From Chthoniobacterales bacterium (GTDB taxonomy: Bacteria; Verrucomicrobiota; Verrucomicrobiia; Chthoniobacterales; DASVRZ01), in the NCBI GenBank assembly GCA_038228695.1, contig JBBRPA010000003.1, positions 25,775-89,774 on the forward strand: 64,000 bases of DNA, read 5' to 3'. Below the pieces are notes generated by a model. It saw only the letters and a list, made by a program, of their open reading frames with translations, was not told the DNA's origin and ran no database searches. Made by a program: the position numbers and the translations under genes. Positions 1 to 14,182 of the stretch are shown piece after piece (within the stretch, counting starts at the first letter, position 1; every line of letters begins with the position of its first letter).

Positions 1-146
1 AGCCCATCTCGGAATTTTTCCAAAAGCAGGAACCACCCGGGGGGAAGACCCGATGCTAGACTACGTCCGGCGAGATTCCTGCTTGCACAGGAATTGGCGA
101 TGAGTGAATGTGGAGATCGATAAAGACCCTGTATCGCCTTTAATTT

Positions 147-578
147 ATGAAGAAAAATTTACTTGTTTTGGCCTTCACGATCATCACGGGATTTATAACC
201 ACTTCCTTTGCGGGTGACATTATTGTCGATAAAGTCATCATACTAACTTCACCGATAGCTGATGCTCCTTATTTTATATCCTGTACTGCGATGTATCGGT
301 CCTTTGAATCAAAACCCGTGACTAGTGCGGGCGCATTTAGAGGTAACGGTTCTGAGTTACCACTCGGTATCACCGTCCCAGATGCAGACGGTTCGAGTTG
401 GATTAAAGTGGAAGTGCGGATCGATAAACAAAAAGAAAATGTGAGCACTTCCGGGGCTTCAGAGAAGCATACCGCTCTGTTTCAGATAGGTACATCGTCA
501 AGAAATGAAAACAAATTTATCGCTTACAAAAACGGAGAACGAGGCTTTGTCTACAAGCTATATTTCCACAAGAAGTGA
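147..578 (+). CDS. hypothetical small secreted protein (143 aa)
   Basis: Complete ORF with a signal-peptide-like N-terminus, MKKNLLVLAFTIITGFITTSFA. It is visibly more AT-rich than the neighbouring genes. No family recognised. Confidence 0.5.
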   Translation: MKKNLLVLAFTIITGFITTSFAGDIIVDKVIILTSPIADAPYFISCTAMYRSFESKPVTSAGAFRGNGSELPLGITVPDADGSSWIKVEVRIDKQKENVSTSGASEKHTALFQIGTSSRNENKFIAYKNGERGFVYKLYFHKK

Positions 579-962
579 ATTCTCTGCCCGGGGTTCTTTA
601 GTGGTCTGTTTAGGGATCTATTTTGGGGCAGTAAACATTTTTTGACACAGCAGATAAGGTCGTCCTCGCATTTTTTCTTAAGTTGCCAATCGGAGCGGGC
701 GCAAAACTATTAAAGCGGGAGTTGTTCTACTTGGTTCAGGCAATCTTGGGGATCGGTCGCTTGGGAGATGATTTGCAAATCGTGGATGGATTGACCGATG
801 GAGTCCGGTAACGATGGCGGAGGGAACGTGGATGTCGAGCGGTGTCATCTCGATCTAAATTGGCGCCAACTCAAGCTGTGGCTAAGTGCTTGTGAATCAC
901 AGAATCGCGAATTTTGGTAACTTATTTTCCTGCGCTGCGCTACATTCGAGGCCGCTGACTTT

Positions 963-2870
963 ATGGGAATGATTCCTCCAGAGACGATTGAGCAGATCGC
1001 TGCCGCAAATGATATTGTGGAGGTGATCGGGTCGTATTTTCCAGTGAAGCGAGCGGGGGCGGTCTGGAAGGCGCTCTGTCCGTTTCACAATGAGAAGACG
1101 CCGTCGTTTCACATCAATCCGGCGCGTCAATCGTATCATTGCTTCGGCTGTGGGGCGGGTGGGAGTGTCTTTCGGTTTGTGATGGCGTATGAGAGTCTGG
1201 ATTTCGTGAGTGCGGTGAAGCGGTTGGCGGACCGGGCGGGGATCGCGATTGTGGAGCAGCAGATGTCGGCGGAGGACGAAGGGCGGTTGCGATTGCGGAA
1301 GCGGTTGCTGGAGTTGCACAAGGAAGCGGCGGAGTGGTTCCACAAGAATCTGATGCGGACTCCGGCGGCGGGGAAGGCGCGGGATTATTTGAAGGGTAGG
1401 GGATTGACGCAGGAGGTGGCGGTGAATTGGACGCTGGGGTATGCGCCGGATGCGTGGGATGCGTTTGGGCATTGGGCGGAATCGCGCGGCTTTACCCGGA
1501 TGGAGATTGCGCGGAGTGGATTGGTGAGTATGAAGGAAGGTCGCGAGGAGGAGGGGACGGATTATTATGATCGGTTTCGTCACCGGCTGATGTTTCCGAT
1601 TCGGAATGATTTTGGGGAGGTGATCGCGTTTTCGGGGCGGGTGTTGGAGGCGGAACAAGGTGAAAACCCAGGGGCAAAGTATGTGAATTCGCCGGAGACG
1701 ATGTTGTTTACAAAGGGGAATGTGCTTTTCGGTCTGCACGCAAGTAAGCGGGATTTGATCAATGCGAAGACGGCGATTGTCTGCGAGGGGCAGATTGATT
1801 TGATCAGTGCGTTTGAGGCAGGGGTGCGGAATGTGGTGGCGCCGCAAGGAACGGCGTTTACGGAGCGACAGGCAGCGATGTTGAAGCGGTTTGTGGAGGG
1901 AGTGGTGCTGTGTTTCGATGCGGATGCGGCGGGGGAGAAGGCGGCGGAGCGGTCGCTGGCGGCGTTGCTGGATCAGGGACTGCTGGTGCGGGTGGCGACG
2001 ATGCCGCCAGGGGAGGACCCGGATTCTTTGATTCGGAAGCGAGGCGCGGAGGCGTTTCGCGAGATCGTGGACCGCGCACCGGGGTTTTTCGATTTCCAGA
2101 TTGCACGGCTGCCAGGGAATGCCGACGTGCGGGTGCGCCAGCAGTTTGCGCGGAAGATGGGGGAATTTATCGCGCTGGCGAAGGATCCGGTGGTTCGCGA
2201 GGATGCGATTGCCAAGACCGTGTCGCGGATCGGGCTGTTGCGAGAGGATTTCGAGAAATTGATTCCGAAGGTGAGGGCGGTGAGCGGCGCGACTTCGGAG
2301 TTGGCGGGGGAGTCTTCGGGTTTGGAATTTGAGCCCCCGTCCCATGCGATGCACATGTTGTGTTTGTTCGCTTTGCGGGACACGAACCTCCGCGCCACTA
2401 TTCAAACCCAGCCTTGGCCAAAGTTGATCGACGGCGAGCCTGGCGCAGAAATCTTCGGGAGGATCGTCACTTCCGCAGTGGATGCCGAGAAATCCTCCTC
2501 CCTGACCGGATTCCTCGCGTCGCTCGATCCTGCTGAGGAGCAGTTTGTGGTAGGTCTGCTGAATGAGCGATTCACGGACGATATGCGGCTCTCGGCCGGA
2601 AAGGTTTGGGGCGATTTCTGCCGCGTTCGGATCAATCGGCAACTGAAACGAATCCAGCAAGCCATGCTCGCGAATGTGGCTTCTGGGGGGGATATCTCTG
2701 ATTGGAAACAGCAGCAGAACGAGATTTTGACTCTGCGCGAGCAGTTTGGCGCAGAGTTCATGGAACAACCCGTTCAAGCGGTGAAAAATGGCCTAAAAGA
2801 AGTGCTTGACCGGGGAAACGTCCTCACTGATGTTTCGCGGCCCTCGGAACCAAGCGAGGACCCTTTCTGA
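963..2870 (+). CDS. dnaG: DNA primase DnaG
   Basis: CHC2 zinc finger CPFHNEKTPSFHINPARQSYHCFGCGAGG. TOPRIM region IVCEGQIDLIS ... LCFDADAAGEKAAERS. Lies directly upstream of rpoD, as in the classical dnaG-rpoD arrangement. Confidence 0.95.
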   Translation: MGMIPPETIEQIAAANDIVEVIGSYFPVKRAGAVWKALCPFHNEKTPSFHINPARQSYHCFGCGAGGSVFRFVMAYESLDFVSAVKRLADRAGIAIVEQQMSAEDEGRLRLRKRLLELHKEAAEWFHKNLMRTPAAGKARDYLKGRGLTQEVAVNWTLGYAPDAWDAFGHWAESRGFTRMEIARSGLVSMKEGREEEGTDYYDRFRHRLMFPIRNDFGEVIAFSGRVLEAEQGENPGAKYVNSPETMLFTKGNVLFGLHASKRDLINAKTAIVCEGQIDLISAFEAGVRNVVAPQGTAFTERQAAMLKRFVEGVVLCFDADAAGEKAAERSLAALLDQGLLVRVATMPPGEDPDSLIRKRGAEAFREIVDRAPGFFDFQIARLPGNADVRVRQQFARKMGEFIALAKDPVVREDAIAKTVSRIGLLREDFEKLIPKVRAVSGATSELAGESSGLEFEPPSHAMHMLCLFALRDTNLRATIQTQPWPKLIDGEPGAEIFGRIVTSAVDAEKSSSLTGFLASLDPAEEQFVVGLLNERFTDDMRLSAGKVWGDFCRVRINRQLKRIQQAMLANVASGGDISDWKQQQNEILTLREQFGAEFMEQPVQAVKNGLKEVLDRGNVLTDVSRPSEPSEDPF

Positions 2871-2906
2871 TGTGAAAGGTCGTCTGGAATCACTTGTAAA
2901 CTGGCT

Positions 2907-5120
2907 ATGCCGAACCCCAAATCGAAGCTGTCAAAGTCCTCCTCGCCAAAGAAAAGTTCGAGTCCAGTTCAGAAGAAAACCAAGCTCTCCAGCAAGTCGC
3001 GGGACCGCTTGATTCCTTCTCATCGCGCTCCTCTGGACGAGCTTGTTTCCAGTGGAAACCATCGCTCAAAACTCGCTGCACGTAAAAAGACCTCGGTCGG
3101 TCGGCTCGAATCCGAACTCACTGGCAAGCCGCGAGCGGTATCCAAACCGGCCAAAGTCGTGAAGGCCGCCAAGCGCTCCACCCCGACGCCCGTTCGAAAA
3201 ATTTCCGAAATTAAAACCAAGCCTCTTTTGAAAGTAAAAAACAACCCAATCGTCGCCCCCACCAAACCGAAATCCACCGTCAACCCTGCCAAATCCGCCC
3301 CGGCCAAAGCCCCTGCGAAGAATAGCCCGCCGAAAGCGAAAACTCCGTCTCCGGAACTAATCAAATCGATCAAGGTAACCCGCATCACAAAAGCGGTTAC
3401 GACCATTACGATTGAGATTCCGGCAGCATTGAGACCTCCCCAATTAGCTCTTGTGCCTCCTGTGGCCCCGGAAGCACGCGCGGCCTTTGTCGAACACAAT
3501 CCGGAGACTCAGGACAAGATCCGCGAACTCATCAAACTAGCCAAAGAGCAAGGCTACTTGACCTACGAGGATATGAATGATGCGCTGCCCGAGGCCGTCA
3601 CGAATCCGGATGAACTCGAGGTGATTTATTCCCGCCTGCGCCTTTTGGAAATCGATCTAATCGATGCGTCTGAAGTGGATCGTTATAAAGACGGAAAGAA
3701 GGATCAGGACGACGACAAGGACGAAGGCAGCCAAGAAGAAGAAAAAGCCGACTCACGACTCGATATCCTCGACGATCCAGTCCGGATGTATCTGAAACAA
3801 ATGGGGCAGGTCCCACTTTTGACCCGCGAGCAGGAAGTTGAAATCTCCAAGCGCATCGAAGACGCCGAGGGCATGGTTCAAAAACTGATCAATCGCTTCG
3901 GTTTCACGTCCCGCGCCCATCTTGATTTGGCCCAGAAACTTCTCGAAGGCCGCGAACGTTTCGACCGTGTGATCCTCGATAAAAAGATCGAGAGCCGCGA
4001 GCGTTACATGAAACATTTGCCCCGGCTGATTCATCAGGTCGAGACTCTCGCCGACGAGGTCGCGGGGCTTTACAAGCGCTACGGCCGCCCCGCAAAGAGC
4101 GACGCGAAAAGCGAGAAATCTGCTTTCTGCAAAGCGCACGAGGCGTTGCAAAAGTTGTATCCTAAATTCTACTTCAAACAGAAGGTCACCGAGGAGTTCG
4201 TCCATCAGGCGGAGGAAACCTCACGGATGCTGCACCATTTGATGGAGGAAGCCGGCAAACAGGCTCCCAGCGAGGTGCGCACTGACTACAAAGCGAAGCT
4301 TAAGGAATTGGAACTTCGTTTATGGCAGAGTCCGACCCAGTTTGACGCCGAGTATGAGGAACTCAAAAAATGGCTGAAAAAAGCCCTCAAAGCCAAGACT
4401 GAAATGGTCGAGGCCAATCTGCGCCTGGTCATTTCCATTGCCAAGAAATACACCAACCGTGGTCTTTCATTCCTCGATCTGATCCAAGAGGGCAACATGG
4501 GCCTGATGAAAGCGGTCGAGAAATTCGAATATCGTCGCGGTTACAAATTTTCCACTTACGCGACGTGGTGGATTCGTCAGGCCATCACCCGTTCGATCGC
4601 GGATCAGGCCCGCACGATTCGCATTCCGGTGCACATGATCGAGACGATCAACAAACTCATGCGCGTGCAGAAGCAGCTTGTGCAGGATTACGGGCGCGAG
4701 CCAAGTCCGGAGGAAGTCGCCGACGAAATTCAACTGCCGGTCGAACGCGTGCGCGCCGTGCTGAAAATGGCGCAACAGCCGATTTCCCTGCAATCACCCG
4801 TTGGCGACGGCGACGAGACGAGCTTCGGTGATTTCATCGAAGACAAAGGCGCAGAAAATCCGAGTGACATGACCGCGATCGTCCTGCTCAAGGAAAAGAT
4901 CAAAGACGTTCTCGACACTCTGACTGAGCGCGAACGGCAAGTCCTCGAACAGCGTTTTGGCTTGGTTGACGGTTACAGCCGCACACTCGAGGAAGTTGGT
5001 CGCCAGTTCAAAGTGACCCGCGAACGCATCCGACAAATTGAGGCCAAGGCCCTGCGGAAAATGCGGCACCCGACCCGTATTCGCCAGCTCGAAGGTTTCC
5101 TCGAGGCGAACGAAGTCTAA
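2907..5120 (+). CDS. rpoD: RNA polymerase primary sigma factor (sigma-70 family) with a long K/P/S-rich N-terminal extension
   Basis: Region 2 [53 protein letters not shown]. Region 4 [30 protein letters not shown]. The first ~190 aa are low-complexity and Lys/Pro/Ser/Ala-rich. Confidence 0.95.
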   Translation: MPNPKSKLSKSSSPKKSSSPVQKKTKLSSKSRDRLIPSHRAPLDELVSSGNHRSKLAARKKTSVGRLESELTGKPRAVSKPAKVVKAAKRSTPTPVRKISEIKTKPLLKVKNNPIVAPTKPKSTVNPAKSAPAKAPAKNSPPKAKTPSPELIKSIKVTRITKAVTTITIEIPAALRPPQLALVPPVAPEARAAFVEHNPETQDKIRELIKLAKEQGYLTYEDMNDALPEAVTNPDELEVIYSRLRLLEIDLIDASEVDRYKDGKKDQDDDKDEGSQEEEKADSRLDILDDPVRMYLKQMGQVPLLTREQEVEISKRIEDAEGMVQKLINRFGFTSRAHLDLAQKLLEGRERFDRVILDKKIESRERYMKHLPRLIHQVETLADEVAGLYKRYGRPAKSDAKSEKSAFCKAHEALQKLYPKFYFKQKVTEEFVHQAEETSRMLHHLMEEAGKQAPSEVRTDYKAKLKELELRLWQSPTQFDAEYEELKKWLKKALKAKTEMVEANLRLVISIAKKYTNRGLSFLDLIQEGNMGLMKAVEKFEYRRGYKFSTYATWWIRQAITRSIADQARTIRIPVHMIETINKLMRVQKQLVQDYGREPSPEEVADEIQLPVERVRAVLKMAQQPISLQSPVGDGDETSFGDFIEDKGAENPSDMTAIVLLKEKIKDVLDTLTERERQVLEQRFGLVDGYSRTLEEVGRQFKVTRERIRQIEAKALRKMRHPTRIRQLEGFLEANEV

Positions 5121-5158
5121 CCGTTTGCGCTCGGCCAAATGTCCGGCGCGGTATTCGC

Positions 5159-6015
5159 ATGAAAACGCTGCGATTGGCCATCACCTTGGGCGATCCTTCG
5201 GGAATCGGCCCCGAGATCGTGGATGCTGCGCTCGATTGGATTCCGGCCAGCGTTAAGATCACCTTGCTTGGCCGAGCTCGTAATCCCGGACAACCGGATC
5301 TCGCCGGTGCTCAAGCCTCATGGGATGCCCTCGAGGAAGCGGCACAGCTCGCCTTAAATCGGGACGTAGATGCTATCGTGACGGGGCCCGTTTGCAAACA
5401 TCAGCTTCATAAGATCGGGTATCCGTTTCCCGGACAGACCGAATTTTTTGGAGCGCGTGCCGAGTCGCCCAATTACGCGATGTGCCTCACGGGCGGCGAT
5501 CTGACCGTCGCTCTCGTCACCGCCCACGTTCCGCTGAAGGAGGTTGTCATCACAAAGGACGAAATCATCCGGGTCGCCCGGTTGCTGGCGGAGCATCTGC
5601 GTCAGCGCGGTGTCCGACTGCCTAACATCGCAATCGCTGGGCTCAATCCGCACGCCGGCGAAAACGGCGATCTAGGCTCCGAGGAGCGAGACATTATCGC
5701 GCCTGCGGTTGCGGCTCTGCAAACCGAGCGGAAGGCGCAATTCGCCGGACCATTTTCACCCGACACGATTTTTCACCAAGCAGCGATCCTAAAAAAATGG
5801 GATGGGGTGGTTTGCATGTATCACGACCAGGGACTGATCCCTTTGAAGCTCCACGCGTTTGACCAAGGCGTGAATGTGACGCTCGGCCTTCCATTCATCC
5901 GGACCAGTCCGGACCACGGCACCGCTTTCGACATCGCAGGCAAGGGAATCGCCCGGCCCCAAAGTATGATCGCGGCGATCCGACTCGCCCTCACGCTCGC
6001 CGCCCGAAAAAAACG

Positions 6016-6019
<4 letters not shown>
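5159..6019 (+). CDS. pdxA: 4-hydroxythreonine-4-phosphate dehydrogenase
   Basis: Motifs ITLGDPSGIGPEI, GLNPHAGENG, MYHDQGLIPLK and IRTSPDHGTAFDIAGKG. Confidence 0.9.
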
Positions 6020-9661
<3,642 letters not shown>

Positions 9662-9678
9662 CGGAAAGTCCGCCGACC

Positions 9679-9966
9679 TTACATCACGCCAAACCAATGG
9701 CGCTTGCGCAGATCATCCTCGTGGTAGGCGTCGATACCCGTCCATGCCCAAAAGAGCAGGGGCAGAATCAATCCAACGCCACCCGTGGCTAGTGCGAGCA
9801 ATAGTCCGGCGACGATGACCAGCGGCATCGAGAAGAGGAAGATCAAACCCGAGGCGAAATGCCCCTTGTAGATTTGACCTGCCCCGGGAACGACGCTGAG
9901 GACGGCGGCAATGACGTTGCGATCTTTAACGAGATACTTCTCGGCAGTGGGGAGAAACATTTTCAT
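9679..9966 (-). CDS. small integral membrane protein (95 aa)
   Basis: Two predicted TM helices (VIAAVLSVVPGAGQIY..., LIFLFSMPLVIVAGLLLALATGGVGLILPLLFWAW). No specific family assigned. Confidence 0.5.
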   Translation of the reverse strand: MKMFLPTAEKYLVKDRNVIAAVLSVVPGAGQIYKGHFASGLIFLFSMPLVIVAGLLLALATGGVGLILPLLFWAWTGIDAYHEDDLRKRHWFGVM

Positions 9967-10064
9967 AAAACACTGTTCCTTTCAGAGTTAAACTACGCCC
10001 AGAGAACAACCGCGCAATGACTTTCTCGGGTGTTTAAACCCGATGTTGCGGGGAAAATTTTGCG

Positions 10065-10156
10065 GTGGCGGAAGGGGTGGGATTCGAACCCACGATGCCT
10101 TTAACAGCATGTTCGATTTCGAGTCGAGTGCATTCAACCAAGCTCTGCCACCCTTC
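10065..10156 (-). tRNA. tRNA-Ser (anticodon CGA), class II with long variable arm, CCA encoded
   Basis: The reverse complement is GGAAGGGTGGCAGAGCTTGGTTGAATGCACTCGACTCGAAATCGAACATGCTGTTAAAGGCATCGTGGGTTCGAATCCCACCCCTTCCGCCA. It folds as a cloverleaf: acceptor GGAAGGG/CCCTTCC, anticodon loop CTCGAAA, T-arm GTGGG-TTCGAAT-CCCAC, variable stem ATGC/GCAT. Confidence 0.9.
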
Positions 10157-10206
10157 CTTGACCGCGCCTGAATGTGGGCGCTTTCCCCCAGCTTGGCAAG
10201 CGCCTT

Positions 10207-10779
10207 TTATTCCTTGAACCCCGTCTCGATCAACCGGGGAATGGACACGTTTCTAACGTAAGGATTGTTCGGATTTCTCTTCACGTAATCTTGGTGATAA
10301 TCCTCCGCGGGATAGAATTTCTCGAAGAGCACAACCTGCGTGGCGACTTTTTTACCGAGCTTTTTTTCAAGAGCCTCAATGGTCTGGTCGATCGCCCGTT
10401 TTTCCTCCGGGGTTCGATAGAAGAGTGCGGAGCGATATTGCGTGCCGAAATCCGGCGCTACCCCGCGCCCGTTCGTCGAATCGTGGCTCCGAAAAAAGAC
10501 ATTGAGCAGTTCGCTGTAAGTAACCTTGTCCGCATCATACGTGATCTCGACGGTTTCGGCATAACCGGTTCCGCCGCCGCTGACCCCCTCGTAACTTGGA
10601 TTCGGAGTCTTACCACCGGCGAAACCGGAAACCACATTGGTCACGCCCGGCACGCGATCGAAGATGGCCTCCATGCACCAGAAACAGCCCGCCGCAAAAG
10701 TGGCCTCCTTCGGGGTTTCTGCAAAAGCTAGTTGAGGCAGCAAAAGTGTGACGGCGAGTAGTAGGGAGCGGAGTTTCAT
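10207..10779 (-). CDS. msrA: peptide-methionine (S)-S-oxide reductase MsrA, exported (signal peptide)
   Basis: Start refined to MKLRSLLLAVTLLLPQLAFA (ATG at 10779). Catalytic GCFWCMEA motif, plus YAETVEITYD and YHQDY. The upstream part of the 295-aa ORF is non-homologous read-through. Confidence 0.93.
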   Translation of the reverse strand: MKLRSLLLAVTLLLPQLAFAETPKEATFAAGCFWCMEAIFDRVPGVTNVVSGFAGGKTPNPSYEGVSGGGTGYAETVEITYDADKVTYSELLNVFFRSHDSTNGRGVAPDFGTQYRSALFYRTPEEKRAIDQTIEALEKKLGKKVATQVVLFEKFYPAEDYHQDYVKRNPNNPYVRNVSIPRLIETGFKE

Positions 10780-10780
10780 G

Positions 10781-11299
10781 TTATTTCTTGGCAAAAGTTT
10801 TCGCGAGCTCGGGGAAACCAGCCTCGACCAGTTTCGCCGCTGGAATGAAACGCAGCGCGGCAGAATTAATGCAATAGCGCAGACCCGTTGGAGCTGGACC
10901 ATCATCGAAGACGTGACCGAGATGGGTATCGGCTTTGGACGAACGCACTTCCTCGCGATCCATTCCGGCGGAAGTGTCGGTGAGTTTCTTGAGAACATCC
11001 CCCGCAATCGGCTTGGAAAAACTCGGCCAACCGGTGCCGGAGTCGAATTTGTCGAGCGAACTAAAGAGCGGCTCGCCGCTGACCACCGAAACATAGATGC
11101 CAGCCTCGTGATTGTCGAAGTATTCGTTGTGAAAAGGCGGCTCGGTCCCGCTTTCCATGGTCACGTGATACTGCAACGAAGTGAGCTTTTTCTTCAGAGC
11201 CTCTTTCTCTGGGGAATCTCCACCTTGCGCGGGTCCGCAGGCAACAAAAGCGAACGCTAGGGCGAGGATTGGGGCGGGAAACGTCTTGATAAATTTCAT
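10781..11299 (-). CDS. msrB: peptide-methionine (R)-S-oxide reductase MsrB, exported (lipoprotein-like signal FVAC)
   Basis: Start refined to [22 protein letters not shown] (ATG at 11299). Motifs [20 protein letters not shown] and [11 protein letters not shown]. Its stop lies 1 nt from the msrA start. Confidence 0.93.
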   Translation of the reverse strand: MKFIKTFPAPILALAFAFVACGPAQGGDSPEKEALKKKLTSLQYHVTMESGTEPPFHNEYFDNHEAGIYVSVVSGEPLFSSLDKFDSGTGWPSFSKPIAGDVLKKLTDTSAGMDREEVRSSKADTHLGHVFDDGPAPTGLRYCINSAALRFIPAAKLVEAGFPELAKTFAKK

Positions 11300-11446
11300 A
11301 ATTCTTAAATAATTCGACGATGAGAGCGTTCCGGATGGTAATATATTCCCAGACCGACGGCAAACACCGCTCGATCCGGTGAAGCTCGGGGAGGATTTAA
11401 AGATTTTCCGGGAATACACCGAAGGAATTTTCGCTCCCACAATCCT

Positions 11447-13813
11447 ATGGATTCCACGATTTCTCGATTCAACCTTCCCGGCCGCTACCTGCACTGGCTG
11501 CACACTCGCTGGCCGGCGGGGACTGTGGAGCAGTTGCCAGACGTCGCCCAAGACGGATCGACTAACATTCCCGGCTTGTTCGTAGTCGGCGATCTCACTG
11601 GTATTCCGCTGCTCAAGTTTGCCGTTGATTCCGGTGCACGCGTTGTGCAAAAACTTTCCCCGCGCCAACAACCCGGCGTGCTCGATGTTGCCATCATCGG
11701 CGGCGGCGTCTCCGGCATCGCAGCGGCGGTTGAGGCTAAGAAACGCGGACTCAGCTACGAAGTCTTCGAGGCCGCGCAACCCTTCTCCACCATCGTTAAT
11801 TTCCCCAAGGGGAAACACATCTTCACTTATCCCACCGACTTCACCCCAGCGGGCGACCTGCAAATCTCCGCCCCGCTCAAGGAAAGTCTCGTCGAGGAAC
11901 TCGAAACCCAGCGCAAAAACGCCGGCATCGAACCCACCGCCGCCCGCATCGAAAACGTCGGACGCGAAGACGGTCTGCTCGTGGTCAAGATAGCCAATTC
12001 CACCCCGCGCAAAGCCCACAATGTCATCGTCGCAATCGGGCGCAGCGGCAACTTCCGCAAACTCGGCTGTCCCGGTGAGGACCTCGAAAAAGTCAGCAAC
12101 CGTCTCCACGATCCAATGGATTATGCGGGGAAAAACGTCCTCGTCGTTGGTGGCGGCGATTCCGCACTGGAGGCCGCCATCGCGCTGACCGTTTGCGGGG
12201 CCAACACCACGCTCAGCTACCGCAAAAAAGAGTTCTCTCGTCCAAAGCCAGACAACCTTGCTAAGATCACCGAACTCACCGCCAATCCGGCCGCCCAGAC
12301 CGGCGTCGAGCATCCTAGCAGCGAACGCGTCACCACCGCCGCTACTTACAAGAATCGCGGCAACGGTCAGCCCGGCAAGCTCACGGTCAAACTCGGCAGC
12401 GAAGTCCGCGAAGTCACCGCGACTAACATTGTTCTAACCATTGACGGGAAAAGCGAAACTCTCGCCAACGACAACGTCTTCACCATGATTGGCCGTCAGC
12501 CGCCGCTCGATTTTTTCCGCAAAAGTGGCGTCCCGATTCGCAACGAATGGCGCATCTCCACTTACATCGCCTGCGCCCTCTTCGTCGTCTTCTGCGTCTT
12601 CCTCTACCATTTCAAGAGCAACCATCCGCAGGAGTTCCCCGTCCAGCAATGGCTCGCCAAAAGCCATGGCTTTCCTTTTAACCTACCGAAGGCGATCGAC
12701 AACCTCGGCGGCTCCTTCTCGGACTGGACGAAAGACCCCACTTCCCTCGGCTACACGCTCAAGCGCGGCCTCGGCAATCCCTCTTTTTACTACACGCTCG
12801 CCTACTGCACCTGCGTCGTCGTTTTTGGCATCCGCCGCATCCAGCGCCGCCGCACACCCTACGTCACCCGGCAGACGCTTTGCCTTATCTTCATGCAATG
12901 CGTCCCGCTTTTCATCCTGCCGGAGATCATCCTCCCGATGCTGGGACGCAACGGTTGGTTTGAAATGGGGCACCCTCTGCGCTGGCTGGCCGATCAACTC
13001 TTCGAGAGCTACGACGGCAGCCTCGGCCATGAACGCGCCTACTGGCGGGCCTACGGCTTCATCCTCGCGTTCCCGCTCAATGTTTACAACGTCTTCACCG
13101 AGCATCCCATGTGGCTTTGGCTCGGCATTTCCTTCGTGCAAACTTTTGTCCTCATCCCGCTCATCATCTGGCGCTGGGGCAAGGGCGCGTATTGCGGCTG
13201 GCTCTGTTCCTGCGGTGCGCTCGCCGAGACCTTGGGCGACACGCATCGACAAAAAATGCCGCACGGCCCGTTCTGGAATCGCCTGAACATGGTCGGCCAA
13301 GTCGCGCTCGTTTTCGCGCTCGTGATTCTCGGCTTGCGTATCGCTGGCTGGGCCGGAAACGAAACCGCCGCGCATTGGCATCAGGAACTCTTCGAGGGAA
13401 TCCCGTTTCTGAACTACGCTTGGAGCGTCGATATCCTCATGGGCGGCATCTTCGGCGTTGGGCTTTACTTCTGGTTCAGCGGACGCGTCTGGTGCCGCTT
13501 CGCCTGTCCGCTCGCAGCGCTCATGCACATTTATGCGCGCTTCTCGCGCTTCCGCATCTTCGCCGACAAATCGAAATGCATCTCCTGCAACGTTTGTACT
13601 AGCATGTGTCATCAGGGCATCGACGTCATGAACTTCGCCAACAAAGGCCTCCCCATGGAAGACCCCGAATGCGTCCGCTGCTCTGCCTGCGTCCAAAGCT
13701 GCCCCACCGGCGTGCTTAGCTTTGGTCGCTACGAAGACGCCGCCAAAACCAAAATCGTCTTCGATAAACTCCCCGCCTCGCAGACCCAGATGGCTGAAGC
13801 GGGGAAACAATAG
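11447..13813 (+). CDS. FAD/NAD(P)-binding oxidoreductase fused to a NapH/CcoG-like membrane polyferredoxin
   Basis: Two dinucleotide-binding motifs, [14 protein letters not shown] and [14 protein letters not shown]. These are followed by several TM helices carrying [10 protein letters not shown] and [13 protein letters not shown] (CX3CP type), then two 4Fe-4S motifs [13 protein letters not shown] and [12 protein letters not shown]. Confidence 0.8.
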   Translation: MDSTISRFNLPGRYLHWLHTRWPAGTVEQLPDVAQDGSTNIPGLFVVGDLTGIPLLKFAVDSGARVVQKLSPRQQPGVLDVAIIGGGVSGIAAAVEAKKRGLSYEVFEAAQPFSTIVNFPKGKHIFTYPTDFTPAGDLQISAPLKESLVEELETQRKNAGIEPTAARIENVGREDGLLVVKIANSTPRKAHNVIVAIGRSGNFRKLGCPGEDLEKVSNRLHDPMDYAGKNVLVVGGGDSALEAAIALTVCGANTTLSYRKKEFSRPKPDNLAKITELTANPAAQTGVEHPSSERVTTAATYKNRGNGQPGKLTVKLGSEVREVTATNIVLTIDGKSETLANDNVFTMIGRQPPLDFFRKSGVPIRNEWRISTYIACALFVVFCVFLYHFKSNHPQEFPVQQWLAKSHGFPFNLPKAIDNLGGSFSDWTKDPTSLGYTLKRGLGNPSFYYTLAYCTCVVVFGIRRIQRRRTPYVTRQTLCLIFMQCVPLFILPEIILPMLGRNGWFEMGHPLRWLADQLFESYDGSLGHERAYWRAYGFILAFPLNVYNVFTEHPMWLWLGISFVQTFVLIPLIIWRWGKGAYCGWLCSCGALAETLGDTHRQKMPHGPFWNRLNMVGQVALVFALVILGLRIAGWAGNETAAHWHQELFEGIPFLNYAWSVDILMGGIFGVGLYFWFSGRVWCRFACPLAALMHIYARFSRFRIFADKSKCISCNVCTSMCHQGIDVMNFANKGLPMEDPECVRCSACVQSCPTGVLSFGRYEDAAKTKIVFDKLPASQTQMAEAGKQ

Positions 13814-13903
13814 AGTAGGCAGTTTTCAGTCATCAGTTGGCAGGGGAATATCCCGGGTGGCGAGGGCGTCCCGCGCAATGCTGTCAGTTTTGCCAGAAAA
13901 ATA

Positions 13904-14000
13904 ATCCGCAGATTTCGCAGGTCTCCGCAGATTAAAGCCATAGGAGGCTGTCCGTAAGCAGCTTGTGAAGTTCATCAATCTGCGGAAATCCGCGAAATCT
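13904..14000. repeat. REP-like imperfect inverted repeat / hairpin between convergent genes
   Basis: The left arm ATCCGCAGATTTCGCAGGTCTCCGCAGATT (13904-13933) pairs with the right arm AATCTGCGGAAATCCGCGAAATCT (13977-14000). CCGCAGATT pairs with AATCTGCGG, and AGATTTCGC pairs with GCGAAATCT. CCGCAGATT occurs twice in the left arm. Confidence 0.5.
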
Positions 14001-14182
14001 TTGGATAAACATCCTTAAGCAGACAGTATTGGGCGGGATGCCCGCACTCCCCGAGATATTTGCCGTCACGAGCGGCTGTAGTATTAACTAAACCGCTCTA
14101 GGATTAACGGACGCTTTTGAGGATAGTTTCATATATTTGTAAGTTTGAGACGGTGTGATTCCCTTTGGTTACCGGTCGTGAA

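Noticed and set aside
579-962. 384-bp gene-free region upstream of dnaG, and the 400-bp gap at 51850-52248, as possible ncRNA loci (6S, tmRNA, RNase P, riboswitch).
   Set aside because: I could not recognise conserved cores of the known RNAs, and I saw no strong extended secondary structure by eye. They are left unannotated.
897-2777. 626-aa ORF antisense to dnaG. Similar long antisense or off-frame ORFs occur at 12683-13810, 12489-13286, 20330-21613, 25868-26785, 33394-34431, 43271-44548, 43767-45065, 52642-53132 and 62927-63733.
   Set aside because: Their translations are Arg/Pro/His/Gly-rich low-complexity sequence with no motifs. Each lies opposite to, or out of frame with, a gene with strong family signatures. 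This is the typical stop-codon-poor shadow frame of GC-rich coding DNA.
10178-10206. Hairpin GGCGCTT...AAGCGCC followed by TTTTA, downstream of msrA and next to tRNA-Ser, as a possible terminator.
   Set aside because: The T-run is on the plus strand, where no gene ends. On the minus (msrA) strand no U-tract follows. The stem is short with a 14-nt loop, so the evidence is insufficient.
10780-12313. Long N-terminal extensions of the msrA (to 11094) and msrB (to 12313) ORFs, which could suggest large fusion proteins.
   Set aside because: The extensions run antisense through neighbouring genes and lack homology. Internal ATGs at 10779 and 11299 give canonical signal peptides followed by the Msr domains.
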